Shown: piece after piece, positions 1 through 9,353 of the stretch | How the letters are laid out: the number at the start of each line of letters is the position of its first letter | Numbering within the stretch: the first letter of the stretch is position 1 | Source of the DNA: Escherichia phage PBECO4 | Length of the DNA stretch: 64,000 bases | Sequence record: KC295538 | Reading direction: 5' to 3' (one strand) | Program-made: the position numbers and the translations under genes | Notes under the pieces: model-generated | What the model was told of the DNA's origin: nothing | The model's database searches: none | Seen by the model: the letters and a program-made list of their open reading frames with translations, nothing else

Positions 1-181
1 TAGGATAATAAACCATATCTTCCTTGAACCTATGGTATTGATCCATCGGTAAGTGACCTTCAACTTCAATTACTTCAGCACTTCGAACAAGTTTGTCAAG
101 CTTGTACTTTATCTCAGCAAGATATTCTTCATCATTCAGACGAGTTAATAAATCTGCTGCACGTGTTGTATCAAGGCTCAT
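1..181 (-). CDS. hypothetical protein, partial (C-terminus beyond window start)
   Basis: ATG at 179-181 on minus strand; frame stays open to window edge (60 codons, N-term MSLDTTRAADLL). Confidence 0.35.
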   Translation of the reverse strand, partial: MSLDTTRAADLLTRLNDEEYLAEIKYKLDKLVRSAEVIEVEGHLPMDQYHRFKEDMVYYP

Positions 182-183
182 TG

Positions 184-429
184 TTATTCTCCATGAATTA
201 CGGAAGTGTTGATTCGTGTTTTACCGCTAGTGTATCCAGTACTTGTATTTGCATTAGGACAGTACACAGTGTATAAAGTCGCACCAGCACCATCTTGTTG
301 CATACGATAAATCTTACACCCTGCTTCTTTTAATTCAGCAGGTAGAACAAAATCACTTGTACGTTCTTTGGTAGAAGCATCACATGCAGTGAGTAGAAAT
401 GCGACGAGTACTGCTACGATATATTTCAT
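184..429 (-). CDS. putative lipoprotein
   Basis: 81-aa ORF; hydrophobic N-terminus followed by lipobox-like LLTAC. Confidence 0.5.
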   Translation of the reverse strand: MKYIVAVLVAFLLTACDASTKERTSDFVLPAELKEAGCKIYRMQQDGAGATLYTVYCPNANTSTGYTSGKTRINTSVIHGE

Positions 430-737
430 TAACGAACCTCCACTTCTTGAGAAAGAGCATGAGTCAGTGCATTTGAATTCGAACTATTCATTTCACGCTG
501 ACATACAAACATAATGGCATCTTGTACTGAACCTGCGATTTCATACTCACGACCTTCTGGATCAGTTACCAGATGTTCAACGATACAACCACCACGCAGT
601 ACAGAAGCACCAGTACTTACACTAATTCTGTAACCTAAGAAATCAAACTGCATACATGCGTCAGTAGGTTTCATCCAATAACCGCTGTTTTTATTCAAAT
701 CGATGATTACAAAACCTTGAGTGTTAGTTTGAAACAT
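429..737 (-). CDS. hypothetical protein
   Basis: 102-aa ORF; sigma70-like promoter upstream at 832-860. Confidence 0.5.
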   Translation of the reverse strand: MFQTNTQGFVIIDLNKNSGYWMKPTDACMQFDFLGYRISVSTGASVLRGGCIVEHLVTDPEGREYEIAGSVQDAIMFVCQREMNSSNSNALTHALSQEVEVR

Positions 738-831
738 AGTTAATTCCTCATTTAATTTAAAAGGGCGGGAACGCAGTGACGAGTACGATTATGCTGTCTT
801 TCCTTTCACTGCATTCCCTTTTATATAAAAC

Positions 832-860
832 ATAATACTGCTATTATTCAGTACTGTCAA
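832..860 (-). promoter_or_regulatory. sigma70-like promoter TTGACA-N17-TATTAT (CAGTACTG overlaps -35)
   Basis: minus-strand reading ttgacagtactgaataatagcagtattat; upstream of ORF 429..737. Confidence 0.45.
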
Positions 861-1150
861 TCGATATAAGTACCTTTTTTAACATCACAGACTTCTTCCA
901 TCCAATGTGGATTTTCGTTTTTATCAGTGAAGATTTGTTCTGCTTCTTCTTTTGTTTCAGCTAGGACAATACGATCCCCTTCATCCAAATCACGGATACG
1001 ATACACTTTCAGTTCTTGTTTCTTCTCAAGAATATTACACAGTTCACGTGCTTTTTCTTCATCGCACTTCCCTTCATTAGCATAAAACCAAATTGCTTTT
1101 TTAATAAGGTCACGTTCTTCTTTAGAAAAAGACATAATATTTCCTATCAT
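857..1150 (-). CDS. hypothetical protein
   Basis: 97-aa ORF; consensus promoter upstream at 1181-1208. Confidence 0.5.
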   Translation of the reverse strand: MIGNIMSFSKEERDLIKKAIWFYANEGKCDEEKARELCNILEKKQELKVYRIRDLDEGDRIVLAETKEEAEQIFTDKNENPHWMEEVCDVKKGTYID

Positions 1151-1180
1151 TTGTTAAAGTGGATTTCGTTTGATATAAAC

Positions 1181-1208
1181 ATTATACAGTACTGATATCT
1201 TATGTCAA
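1181..1208 (-). promoter_or_regulatory. sigma70-consensus promoter TTGACA-N16-TATAAT with CAGTACTG abutting -10
   Basis: minus-strand reading ttgacataagatatcagtactgtataat. Confidence 0.55.
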
Positions 1209-1304
1209 GTATTAATCACCAAAAATCATCAGATACCCAAACCAACCCACACAGACGACTAAGCTAACAATACCAAAGACAATCTCTAAAGTCATGTTGT
1301 ATCC

Positions 1305-1523
1305 TTAATCAATGATTTTATATTCACGATGACCATAGAATCCAGCCTCAAGGATGCGATTGCCATCAGCATCTTCCAAGTCCCAACCACGGGATGTTTC
1401 GGCAATAATAGTCATGATGTGACCTCTTGGGAAAATCCCACTCAGAGTGGATACATCCTCAAGTAATTGAACTTTCTTTCCAACATTGGAATTCGGTTTA
1501 AACATTTTATGGCCCTTATTCAT
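1305..1523 (-). CDS. hypothetical protein
   Basis: 72-aa ORF. Confidence 0.4.
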   Translation of the reverse strand: MNKGHKMFKPNSNVGKKVQLLEDVSTLSGIFPRGHIMTIIAETSRGWDLEDADGNRILEAGFYGHREYKIID

Positions 1524-1698
1524 TGATCACATCAAGTACTTTATCCAGCTTTTTACCAATGCTTTCCTTTGGTTTCTCACCATTCTGGAATACATCAGAA
1601 CTGCAATACTCAGGACGCGTATTAGGAAACTTCTCGTTCATCCAGGAGTGACCGTAAACACCCAGCATGATGCCAACGATAAGAATGATAATTTGCAT
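1516..1698 (-). CDS. small membrane protein
   Basis: 60-aa ORF with N-terminal hydrophobic helix (IIILIVGIMLGVY). Confidence 0.35.
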   Translation of the reverse strand: MQIIILIVGIMLGVYGHSWMNEKFPNTRPEYCSSDVFQNGEKPKESIGKKLDKVLDVINE

Positions 1699-1713
1699 GA
1701 TAATTTCCTCTGA

Positions 1714-2502
1714 TTAAATGTTAGTAGTATAGTACTTGATTTCGTTTTGAATTGCAAGTTCTATTTGTTTATTGAAAAGAATTCCAAACTCTTTGATTGA
1801 TTCACAATCGAATTCAATAGAAAAAGTATACTCTGGTATACGTACATTGTCAATACCCAAATACTCTTTTATGTAAATTTTAATGAGTTCACATAGTGCA
1901 GTACTAAGACATTGAATTTCAAAATGTTTTGCACCTTTGTCAAAATACTTGAATGCATCAATATCACCTACAATAAAACTATTCTTTAATGTAGTGAATA
2001 GGTTCTCAGGAAACACGGTAATAGGTGACATTGATTTAAGAATGTATGTATCTTTGGCATTCTTAATGTACTCAATGAAGCAGTAGTTAACGTCAGGCTC
2101 GATTGAACGATCCGCGTTATGATACCAGTGTTTAAACTCACTGTATTCAGCAAACTTATGCTGGCGTAATGCGTTACAATCTTCACACAGTGCAGTCATG
2201 TTCTCTTTATCATTACCGCCCTGAAGACAGTCAAGTACATTATGGTCTAACGTCATGCGTACAAGGCGTTTCCCTTTAAGTACATAAGGTCTGAATTTAT
2301 AACGTTCTTTAGTACTGTGCTTATGTAAAGTGAATACCACATTGGATTCACCACAACAATCACATTTAAAGCCATCACGTGACATTACATGAATGAGTTT
2401 TCGAGTATTTGGACCAAACTCTGATTTGGTAATGTTACCTACAATTTCTGATGGTTTGTAGTATTTTGAATTCCGGCGAATCAATTCATCTATAGTGCTC
2501 AT
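1714..2502 (-). CDS. HNH-family endonuclease (possible homing endonuclease)
   Basis: 262-aa ORF; Cys cluster CDCCGES then HNH-like motif DHNVLDCLQGGNDKENMTALCEDCN. Confidence 0.6.
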   Translation of the reverse strand: MSTIDELIRRNSKYYKPSEIVGNITKSEFGPNTRKLIHVMSRDGFKCDCCGESNVVFTLHKHSTKERYKFRPYVLKGKRLVRMTLDHNVLDCLQGGNDKENMTALCEDCNALRQHKFAEYSEFKHWYHNADRSIEPDVNYCFIEYIKNAKDTYILKSMSPITVFPENLFTTLKNSFIVGDIDAFKYFDKGAKHFEIQCLSTALCELIKIYIKEYLGIDNVRIPEYTFSIEFDCESIKEFGILFNKQIELAIQNEIKYYTTNI

Positions 2503-2503
2503 T

Positions 2504-2734
2504 TTATATTATTCCTTCTTTGTTACAACCTATAATTATTTTTGTAACTTCGATAACTCGTACCAAATGATATCCGTGAAAAAAGTTAAAACCATACATT
2601 TGTGCTAATGCATCGGCTTCAGATTTTGCACGGATACATGATAGATATAATTCTCGTATATCACCATCTAATGATGCTTGTTTCTCGTCATTGATAACAA
2701 TAGCACGAATCTCAAAACGAACACCATAACTCAT
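2504..2734 (-). CDS. hypothetical protein
   Basis: 76-aa ORF. Confidence 0.4.
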   Translation of the reverse strand: MSYGVRFEIRAIVINDEKQASLDGDIRELYLSCIRAKSEADALAQMYGFNFFHGYHLVRVIEVTKIIIGCNKEGII

Positions 2735-2940
2735 TTAGTTTGACCCACAATAAGTTTCTCTTTAGTATTACTATTGTAACACCACATTTGTTCTTTACTA
2801 ACTGTAATCCAAATATCTTTGTTTACTTGTTCGTATGTACTATCACGTAATGCAATGCATTGATTCATGGAATTCATTGGGGTTATTTGTACACCGGAAT
2901 TAACAGAAAAAGCTATTACTAAAAAGATTACTGAATTCAT
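2731..2940 (-). CDS. hypothetical secreted/membrane protein
   Basis: 69-aa ORF; hydrophobic N-terminus. Confidence 0.4.
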   Translation of the reverse strand: MNSVIFLVIAFSVNSGVQITPMNSMNQCIALRDSTYEQVNKDIWITVSKEQMWCYNSNTKEKLIVGQTK

Positions 2941-3557
2941 TGGATATTCCTTAATGGTTAATCATCCATCTCTTCGAGATGTCTGTTCGCTTCTAATACT
3001 ACGTATTCTACGCGAATGATTAATAACTGTCAAGGACTTTTAATATTGACGGGATTTGAGGAAGGGATTTTTCTTCCCCCCCACAAGGAGGGAAATTTGA
3101 CGCTGATGGTATCAGAGCTATTGCATTGAAGATTACTCATAACGAGTGCGAAAGCGGGTCATCCTGTTTCTCTCTACTTCAGTTTCATATGACGGTCTAC
3201 ACTTTTAAACATAGTGTATCTTCATTAAGTATCTATGCAATCAAATACTTAATGTGAGTACTCAAATTCTGGACGCAACTTTCCTGTACAAAATTTGATA
3301 ACTCTCCCTTAGATAATTCGTAAGGTGTTATCCTTATATGTCTATCAAGGAACCACCAGCTATCCTAACGTGGTTCTTTATACAGCCGCATTGCCGTGAG
3401 GGGTTCAAACTATGCCCACATCTAACGGGTTTCTTTTGCTGTTCGCACTGTCGGACTGCTCAACTGCCCTCTACGTTTTCGAGTGGATCAGGTACATGAA
3501 TATCATGCCAACAGAATTGTACAAGATAATTATATCACAAACTTTTACTTCATCCCA
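2941..3557. other. ORF-poor, locally GC-richer region; candidate structured RNA or regulatory region
   Basis: about 620 nt with no convincing ORF on the coding (minus) strand; composition visibly GC-richer than flanks; several short hairpins (e.g. gaaccac...gtggttc at 3347-3375). Confidence 0.3.
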
Positions 3558-3590
3558 TAAAAAAAGGTTGGCTTATGCCAACCTTTTTTC
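3558..3590. terminator. bidirectional intrinsic terminator hairpin
   Basis: aaggttggc-ttat-gccaacctt flanked by A-run and T-run; immediately 3' of sigma-factor gene. Confidence 0.6.
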
Positions 3591-3591
3591 T

Positions 3592-4557
3592 TTAGAAATC
3601 TTCGTATTCGTACCCTTTTGCAAGTACTAGCTTCTTAAGCTTTTGCATAGCTTCACTGTACTTTCGGTGTATTGATGAACGGGATTTAACATATTTTCCA
3701 TTATCATCAACAAAACCATTATCAGCAATCTCACGAAGCGTTTCAGGTTCATATTCACCTAGACCATGAACACGCTGGATAATCTCACGTTCTTTAGTAC
3801 TCAATTCGTTGGTCAGTTCATTGATAGCATAACGCAAAGGTGCACGGATACTATCAACATTGAGGTTAAAATCAGAAGCAGGTGAATGAATAATGTCACC
3901 TAATGTACCATCTGTAACACCGTCTAATGGTGCATCCAGCGAAGTGTATTCGCTTTGAAATAACAAACAATTATTAACATGCTGAATCTCAATCCCAGTA
4001 CCCTCTGAGATTATTTCAGGAGTTGGGCGAACACCATGTTTACGCATATATTCCTGACAGAATCTTTTTACTTTGATCTTATGAACACTCATATAACGTG
4101 GGAAGTGTACCATATAGTTAGCGTCAGAACTTTCGTTATAGACTGTCATGTAAATACTAGAAGAAGCATAGGTAATGAACTTAACATTCTTATTAAGATC
4201 AAAGGTTTTTAGTGCTCTCATGAACCCCTCAACACCATATGAAATCTTATCTTCAAATGGGATATAACAAGTACATTTACTTGCTACATCAATAATCAGT
4301 CCATAATTGTAACGAACTAACAGTTCAGTGTTTTTCTTTACATTGATACCAGCTTGAATATCACGAATTAGATCTTCATTGGAAACATTTGGTGGTCGCT
4401 TAAGTGTAATATTATATTTGAAACTGCTTTGTACTTTACCTTCATTTTCATCTTTATCTTCAACGAAATCTAAGGCTTCTAGTGTGTTGACTTCTTCATT
4501 AGCAAAACATTCATCCAGAACTTCTTCGGCAATTGTATTTAAATCAAGCTTTTTCAC
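3592..4557 (-). CDS. sigma-70 family RNA polymerase sigma factor
   Basis: 321 aa; region-2-like GVEGFMRALKTFDLNKNVKFITYASSSI and region-4-like HTH EREIIQRVHGLGEYEPETLREIADNGF...SRSSIHRKYSEAMQKL. Confidence 0.8.
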   Translation of the reverse strand: MKKLDLNTIAEEVLDECFANEEVNTLEALDFVEDKDENEGKVQSSFKYNITLKRPPNVSNEDLIRDIQAGINVKKNTELLVRYNYGLIIDVASKCTCYIPFEDKISYGVEGFMRALKTFDLNKNVKFITYASSSIYMTVYNESSDANYMVHFPRYMSVHKIKVKRFCQEYMRKHGVRPTPEIISEGTGIEIQHVNNCLLFQSEYTSLDAPLDGVTDGTLGDIIHSPASDFNLNVDSIRAPLRYAINELTNELSTKEREIIQRVHGLGEYEPETLREIADNGFVDDNGKYVKSRSSIHRKYSEAMQKLKKLVLAKGYEYEDF

Positions 4558-4578
4558 TTACATCTCCTAATGACGAAA

Positions 4579-5076
4579 TCAAAATCGATATACATTAATA
4601 TTATCATCTGTGAAGCAATCATGGTTGTGCACATCCATGAAAGTACTAAACACTTTATCATATAAAGTTGTATGTTCTTCATGAATAGCAGCATCTAGCA
4701 TGTATTCTCCACCACTTCCCATAAAGAAAGTGTAGTCTTCATGTAGATATTCAAGTTTTTTAATAAACTTTCCTTTAGTTAAAATCATATGAATAACATA
4801 ATCTTTAGAAAGAAGCACACAATGGCAACTTAACTTTCTGTCAGGTATAACTGGTACTTTATTAATTAACCAATCCAGTACTTTATCAATTTCACTTACT
4901 ACCCCACTAGCACTGAATAAACGGTCATGTACATATAAAGTTTTTTGATTAACAACTCCATATTGATATTTTGGTCTTAGTGGGAAAAAACCAAATAAGT
5001 TTCGTGGTATAGTTGACGTAACTCTAGAATCGGTAATCAATAAATTTAATCGTTTATCAATATAAACAGTTGTCAT
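4579..5076 (-). CDS. hypothetical protein
   Basis: 165-aa ORF. Confidence 0.5.
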   Translation of the reverse strand: MTTVYIDKRLNLLITDSRVTSTIPRNLFGFFPLRPKYQYGVVNQKTLYVHDRLFSASGVVSEIDKVLDWLINKVPVIPDRKLSCHCVLLSKDYVIHMILTKGKFIKKLEYLHEDYTFFMGSGGEYMLDAAIHEEHTTLYDKVFSTFMDVHNHDCFTDDNINVYRF

Positions 5077-5077
5077 A

Positions 5078-5497
5078 TTAAACCTTATCTAAGAATTTAT
5101 CGTATATATAAAATTCTTTATCGGTGAATACATTAATTCTAGTATCGAATCTTTGCATTGTGTTCATATACAATGAACTTTTTAAATAAAAATACAAAGC
5201 AACAAATTCTGATATATGCATATTCTTTTTATTGTTACATAAATTCTTAAGCATTTTGATGCTATCAAATTCTTTTTCATCAAATCTGTATTGGTAAAAA
5301 TTGTATCTATTGGAACGGCACTCATAGATACGAAGTGCCATTATATCAATACATGCTTTAGATTTACAGTACTTATTCAATACGTCATAATCACCCGTAC
5401 ATAATGCTACAAAGATTTTATGTGCGAGTGTAGCTTTGCCTTCAATCGTATAATAGCCAAAAAATTTAATGATTAAGTACTGAATGAATGTAATCAT
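5078..5497 (-). CDS. hypothetical protein
   Basis: 139-aa ORF. Confidence 0.5.
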   Translation of the reverse strand: MITFIQYLIIKFFGYYTIEGKATLAHKIFVALCTGDYDVLNKYCKSKACIDIMALRIYECRSNRYNFYQYRFDEKEFDSIKMLKNLCNNKKNMHISEFVALYFYLKSSLYMNTMQRFDTRINVFTDKEFYIYDKFLDKV

Positions 5498-5502
5498 TTG
5501 AT

Positions 5503-5763
5503 TTAGAATTTCTCCGAAATTACTAGAGTGTCATCATAATCTTCTGCAATATCATGAAGAACTTTTAAGTTACTTTCACCAGAAACGCTTTTTACTTCGT
5601 TCAAAAGATAGTTTAGATCAACTTTAGTTACTTTTTCTGAATCAAACACACAGAAAGTTAATTCAGCGTTTGGACAGATCTTCTTCAGATTATCAGCAAC
5701 AACTTGTTTGAAGTTGAAAGATGGGGAAGCAACCAGGTTAACTGCAACGAGAATAGATTTCAT
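5503..5763 (-). CDS. hypothetical protein
   Basis: 86-aa ORF. Confidence 0.45.
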   Translation of the reverse strand: MKSILVAVNLVASPSFNFKQVVADNLKKICPNAELTFCVFDSEKVTKVDLNYLLNEVKSVSGESNLKVLHDIAEDYDDTLVISEKF

Positions 5764-5837
5764 AATGTTTTCCTTTTTAGCTGATAATTAAATTAGGAGC
5801 ACATTGTACTCCATATTATTTGTTATGTCAAATACTT

Positions 5838-6089
5838 TTAGATACCAAGTGCAGTAGATAACTCTTTACGTTTGTTATATGAATCAGATTCAATCTTACT
5901 TTTCTTGTTGAAAAGGGATTCGATATCCTTATAGATTGCTTCGATAGATTTAGTTACTACCCATTCTGATTCTTGAAGCATACATTGGAGTCGTGTGTAC
6001 TCAACTTTGATAGTACTGCGAAGTTCTTCACAAACTTCTTCATTCTTAATTAGTGCAGCACTAAGTTCTTTGACCTTATCGATGTTCAT
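5838..6089 (-). CDS. hypothetical protein
   Basis: 83-aa ORF. Confidence 0.45.
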   Translation of the reverse strand: MNIDKVKELSAALIKNEEVCEELRSTIKVEYTRLQCMLQESEWVVTKSIEAIYKDIESLFNKKSKIESDSYNKRKELSTALGI

Positions 6090-6148
6090 AAGTTCCTTAC
6101 TCTAATTTGTTTTTAACAAAATAATTATATATAACATACTAAATTATG

Positions 6149-6574
6149 TCAAGTATTTTTAGTACCTTCTTCTGCCATTTTTGTGATATACCAATTAAGT
6201 ACTGATTTGTGTACCATAAAAAATGTGAATGCAAATATAGCAATAGCTGCTGATGTAACACTATTAGATAATGACCCAAGTTGGATGTTAGTACCTAAAA
6301 TAACAATAAATGGATACAACACAATCAATCTACTGTAAGGTTCGTCTCCAGTATCACGGAGAAATCCAAGCCTTTCATGATCAGTATCCATAGTGACAAT
6401 TGGACAGAACATAAGTGCAGACATAAGAGCAATACCAATTTGTGCTACATTGGAAATTGTAAACCACAAAGGATTTAAACCATATGAAATATTATTTTCT
6501 GTACAGTAGTAACCAAACGAATTGAATGCACAAACTAAAAATACAAAAATACAAATCTTATTATAGCCTCTCAT
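6149..6574 (-). CDS. hypothetical membrane protein
   Basis: 141-aa ORF; multiple hydrophobic segments. Confidence 0.5.
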   Translation of the reverse strand: MRGYNKICIFVFLVCAFNSFGYYCTENNISYGLNPLWFTISNVAQIGIALMSALMFCPIVTMDTDHERLGFLRDTGDEPYSRLIVLYPFIVILGTNIQLGSLSNSVTSAAIAIFAFTFFMVHKSVLNWYITKMAEEGTKNT

Positions 6575-6993
6575 TTGTTTAGCTCCGTTAATTTTCGTTT
6601 AACTTCTAGATCATGAAACTCATCGGCATATGAGTTTTGAACAGTTCTGATGTATTCCAACATAACAAACATAGTTCCACATACCCATAGATATGTATAG
6701 TAATCAAATACAAATGCATATAACATACACGGTACTAAAATGAAAGTGTAAACAAAACTATATCGTGTAGTTCCAAATACTTTCAGATATAACAAACGTC
6801 GATAATCACGGGCAAATGTATTGATGCACACTGAAAATGTAATTAATGTATACCATGAAATACCCTGAATTAAACCTGAAACATTTAAAAGTTTATGTTC
6901 ATCGGAAAACCCCAGTGCATTTAGCACTGGAGCCATAACCCAACCAATAATACTAATAAGAAAAAGATATTTTGCATTACTTAGTGTGAACAT
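6571..6993 (-). CDS. hypothetical membrane protein
   Basis: 140-aa ORF; multiple hydrophobic segments; 4-nt overlap with downstream gene. Confidence 0.5.
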   Translation of the reverse strand: MFTLSNAKYLFLISIIGWVMAPVLNALGFSDEHKLLNVSGLIQGISWYTLITFSVCINTFARDYRRLLYLKVFGTTRYSFVYTFILVPCMLYAFVFDYYTYLWVCGTMFVMLEYIRTVQNSYADEFHDLEVKRKLTELNK

Positions 6994-6994
6994 A

Positions 6995-7453
6995 TTACTT
7001 TAGTCCCCATGCTTTTTTGATTGCATCAACAGAGTTTTGGTCCACTACTTCCTTTTTTTCTGATGTAGTTTGAAGTTTATTAATTACATATTCCTTTGCA
7101 TCTTTTTCTATCATAAATTTACCATCAACCAACACACCAAAAACTTTAGAATTTCGGGCTGGATATGGATTAATTTCATCAAGAGTACGGACTTTCTTAT
7201 CAACTATAATGGCTTTGATGTAACCAGTTTCAAGTACTGTTGTAATCACAGTCATTTCAATTGCAACTGGTGAATCTTCCCAATACGCAATCCATTTAGT
7301 AAAGCTACGATCAGGTGAATCTTTTGTGCATTTTAATTTAATTGCACTATTAAAAATGTATTGTTTAAAATTGTCATCGACAACTTCACTAATACTAAAA
7401 TAACCTTCACGCTCTTCAACATTACGTTTGAAATTTGTAGCTAATACATCCAT
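6995..7453 (-). CDS. hypothetical protein
   Basis: 152-aa ORF. Confidence 0.5.
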   Translation of the reverse strand: MDVLATNFKRNVEEREGYFSISEVVDDNFKQYIFNSAIKLKCTKDSPDRSFTKWIAYWEDSPVAIEMTVITTVLETGYIKAIIVDKKVRTLDEINPYPARNSKVFGVLVDGKFMIEKDAKEYVINKLQTTSEKKEVVDQNSVDAIKKAWGLK

Positions 7454-7494
7454 TTTCCATCCCCCTTGGGTTACTTGGTGTGTTAATTATAATA

Positions 7495-7971
7495 CTAAGA
7501 ATCTTTGTTGTCAAACTTTTCCCTCAAATATTTTTCTATTAATCTAATTTGTGTTGGTGGTAAGATAAAGTAATCGTACATAGATTTACTACCATGTATC
7601 GAACAACCTACACTAATACTATAATCATATGGATATAAGTATATTGGATCTTGTATATCAGGTATGAAAACTATTCTTGATATATTACCATTTCCTATTC
7701 TTACTTGGACGTTATCATTATTATTAAGATAATTTCTTATACAGTACTCAATTATACCATTTACTTTAGAATCATAACCATAATTTTTATATTCAGGAAA
7801 AATGAAATAGCGTTCATGGTATAGATATGAGCATAGTAATGCTGGGAAAAAATTCCAAAAACCTTCATGCTTTGCAATTGTTTGTGCATATTTAAAATGA
7901 TTAGCATTACTAAAAATATTATACAGCACAAAATACACAAATGGACTTACCAATAACACTATTGTTAACAT
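7495..7971 (-). CDS. hypothetical membrane protein
   Basis: 158-aa ORF; N-terminal hydrophobic helix. Confidence 0.5.
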   Translation of the reverse strand: MLTIVLLVSPFVYFVLYNIFSNANHFKYAQTIAKHEGFWNFFPALLCSYLYHERYFIFPEYKNYGYDSKVNGIIEYCIRNYLNNNDNVQVRIGNGNISRIVFIPDIQDPIYLYPYDYSISVGCSIHGSKSMYDYFILPPTQIRLIEKYLREKFDNKDS

Positions 7972-8432
7972 CAGAAGCCTCTGTATTTTTCATACACTTC
8001 AACGCATTCCATGATTTTGTCATCGTCCATCATATCATAGCCTTGTAGAAATTCTTCTTTATCAACCTTCCCTGCCATCATATCTGTGTCAGAAATTCTG
8101 GAGTCATAGAAGAAATACATATCTTTATAGTACTGGTTTTTGTGCTGCTCAATCTTTACTTTAGCATATCCAGCACAAAATGAAGGAGATTTAACAACTT
8201 CCCATTTATGCTTCTTGATGGGTTTATCATTAGCATGTTTTTCCCTGTATGTCTGACGATAACGTTCACGCATTTCAGGCATGTATTCTTCAGCAGTACG
8301 TTTAGGGGGAGTTTTACCAGTCCCAATAGTTTTAATAGTTTGACGTTGTTCTTCTGCGTGTACTGGGGAAATAAAACATGATGTACCAAACAGTACTGCT
8401 ACGATAACCATAAAATTCTTAAACATAATCAA
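7971..8432 (-). CDS. hypothetical secreted protein
   Basis: 153-aa ORF; signal-peptide-like N-terminus ending VHA. Confidence 0.5.
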   Translation of the reverse strand: MIMFKNFMVIVAVLFGTSCFISPVHAEEQRQTIKTIGTGKTPPKRTAEEYMPEMRERYRQTYREKHANDKPIKKHKWEVVKSPSFCAGYAKVKIEQHKNQYYKDMYFFYDSRISDTDMMAGKVDKEEFLQGYDMMDDDKIMECVEVYEKYRGF

Positions 8433-8656
8433 ACCTCTTTTACAATAATATCGATTGATACTGGAATTGCAATTTCACTATTACATGAATATACATCAGC
8501 ACAGTACTCAATATCTAGAACTTTATAATATTTCTCAAACCCACAAATGGTAAGATTCAACGTTGACCCAACTACTGGGAGTACAGGAAATGATAAGAAC
8601 GCAATTTTAGAATGAAATTCTTCATTGATATCTTGATATAGAGTTGCAGTAATCAC
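8429..8656 (-). CDS. hypothetical protein
   Basis: 75-aa ORF. Confidence 0.4.
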   Translation of the reverse strand: MITATLYQDINEEFHSKIAFLSFPVLPVVGSTLNLTICGFEKYYKVLDIEYCADVYSCNSEIAIPVSIDIIVKEV

Positions 8657-9237
8657 AATGGTAACTCCTGTAGTGGTTTCATAATACCGAGTACTGGGTG
8701 ATTTTCAATCATTGGTCGCCCTGGTACACCAGTGAGGATAACTGGGATAGAACTAATATCTTTTACATAGTTGAATCCCTCAAACGTGAACTCTTGTTTT
8801 TTCTCATTATACAATACCCATAGTATTACGTCAGCTTTTTTCTGGATATTTTTTAACTGTCGAGTACTAACACATGGTCCAAAGTCAGTCCATGATTTAT
8901 ACTTGATACCTTTTACTTCAATACGAAGGTTGTTTACCTTAATATCACATTCACCGTCACGTGCTTCATTTTGGAATGCTGGATCGATATTAAGTTTAAT
9001 ACCAGTATTGTTTTCAATTTCATTAAAAAGTACTAAAGATGCGTGCTCACACACCATACCAACAAAATGACTATGTGCATGATTAAAACCATATGGCGAT
9101 TTACTTGCTGGAGCCAAAAGTTTATATCGTTCTGATTTTTCAATCGCTTTTGCCATAAAAGAATCAGCTTCATCTTTATATAACTTAACAGTCATTTTTC
9201 CATTTTTCAGTACTAATCTATTATCAATAACATTCAT
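8653..9237 (-). CDS. hypothetical protein
   Basis: 194-aa ORF. Confidence 0.5.
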   Translation of the reverse strand: MNVIDNRLVLKNGKMTVKLYKDEADSFMAKAIEKSERYKLLAPASKSPYGFNHAHSHFVGMVCEHASLVLFNEIENNTGIKLNIDPAFQNEARDGECDIKVNNLRIEVKGIKYKSWTDFGPCVSTRQLKNIQKKADVILWVLYNEKKQEFTFEGFNYVKDISSIPVILTGVPGRPMIENHPVLGIMKPLQELPL

Positions 9238-9353
9238 AAAAACACCTCATTATTCATTCACTACATGATAACACCAAATCATACACCAGTCAAGCTCATT
9301 TTTTGGATATGCATAATAAATACGTTATAATAATTATACCAATGGAGGGATAA

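Noticed and set aside
1486-1713. Plus-strand ORFs nested within or opposite minus-strand genes (e.g. 1486..1713, 4379..4570, 7070..7273, 8771..9070, 9907..10140, 10677..10931, 12879..13115, 21324..21539, 34300..34695, 50306..50613, 53218..53454, 55027..55695, 56614..56928, 57359..57607)
   Set aside because: They overlap longer, motif-bearing minus-strand genes on the opposite strand or in another frame, lack convincing RBS context and have low-complexity or hydrophobic-junk composition typical of antisense frames in AT-rich DNA.
1986-2186. Minus-strand ORFs nested in alternative frames of longer genes (1986..2186, 8156..8389, 9722..9976, 21956..22180, 26229..26534, 32155..32370, 43318..43542, 59297..59527)
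   Set aside because: Each lies entirely inside a longer ORF that has recognisable motifs or better coding character; treated as spurious.
2941-3557. tmRNA or RNase P RNA in the GC-rich region
   Set aside because: I looked for the tmRNA tag-reading frame plus tRNA-like 3' end and for RNase P conserved elements (GGAAAGUCCGG, AGGGUGAAA...GGUGCGGUAAGAGCGCACC) on both strands and found neither; left as an unassigned candidate.
3412-3630. 72-aa plus-strand ORF inside the GC-rich intergenic region
   Set aside because: No RBS; it runs through the terminator hairpin into the 3' end of the sigma-factor gene; more likely a chance frame in a non-coding region.
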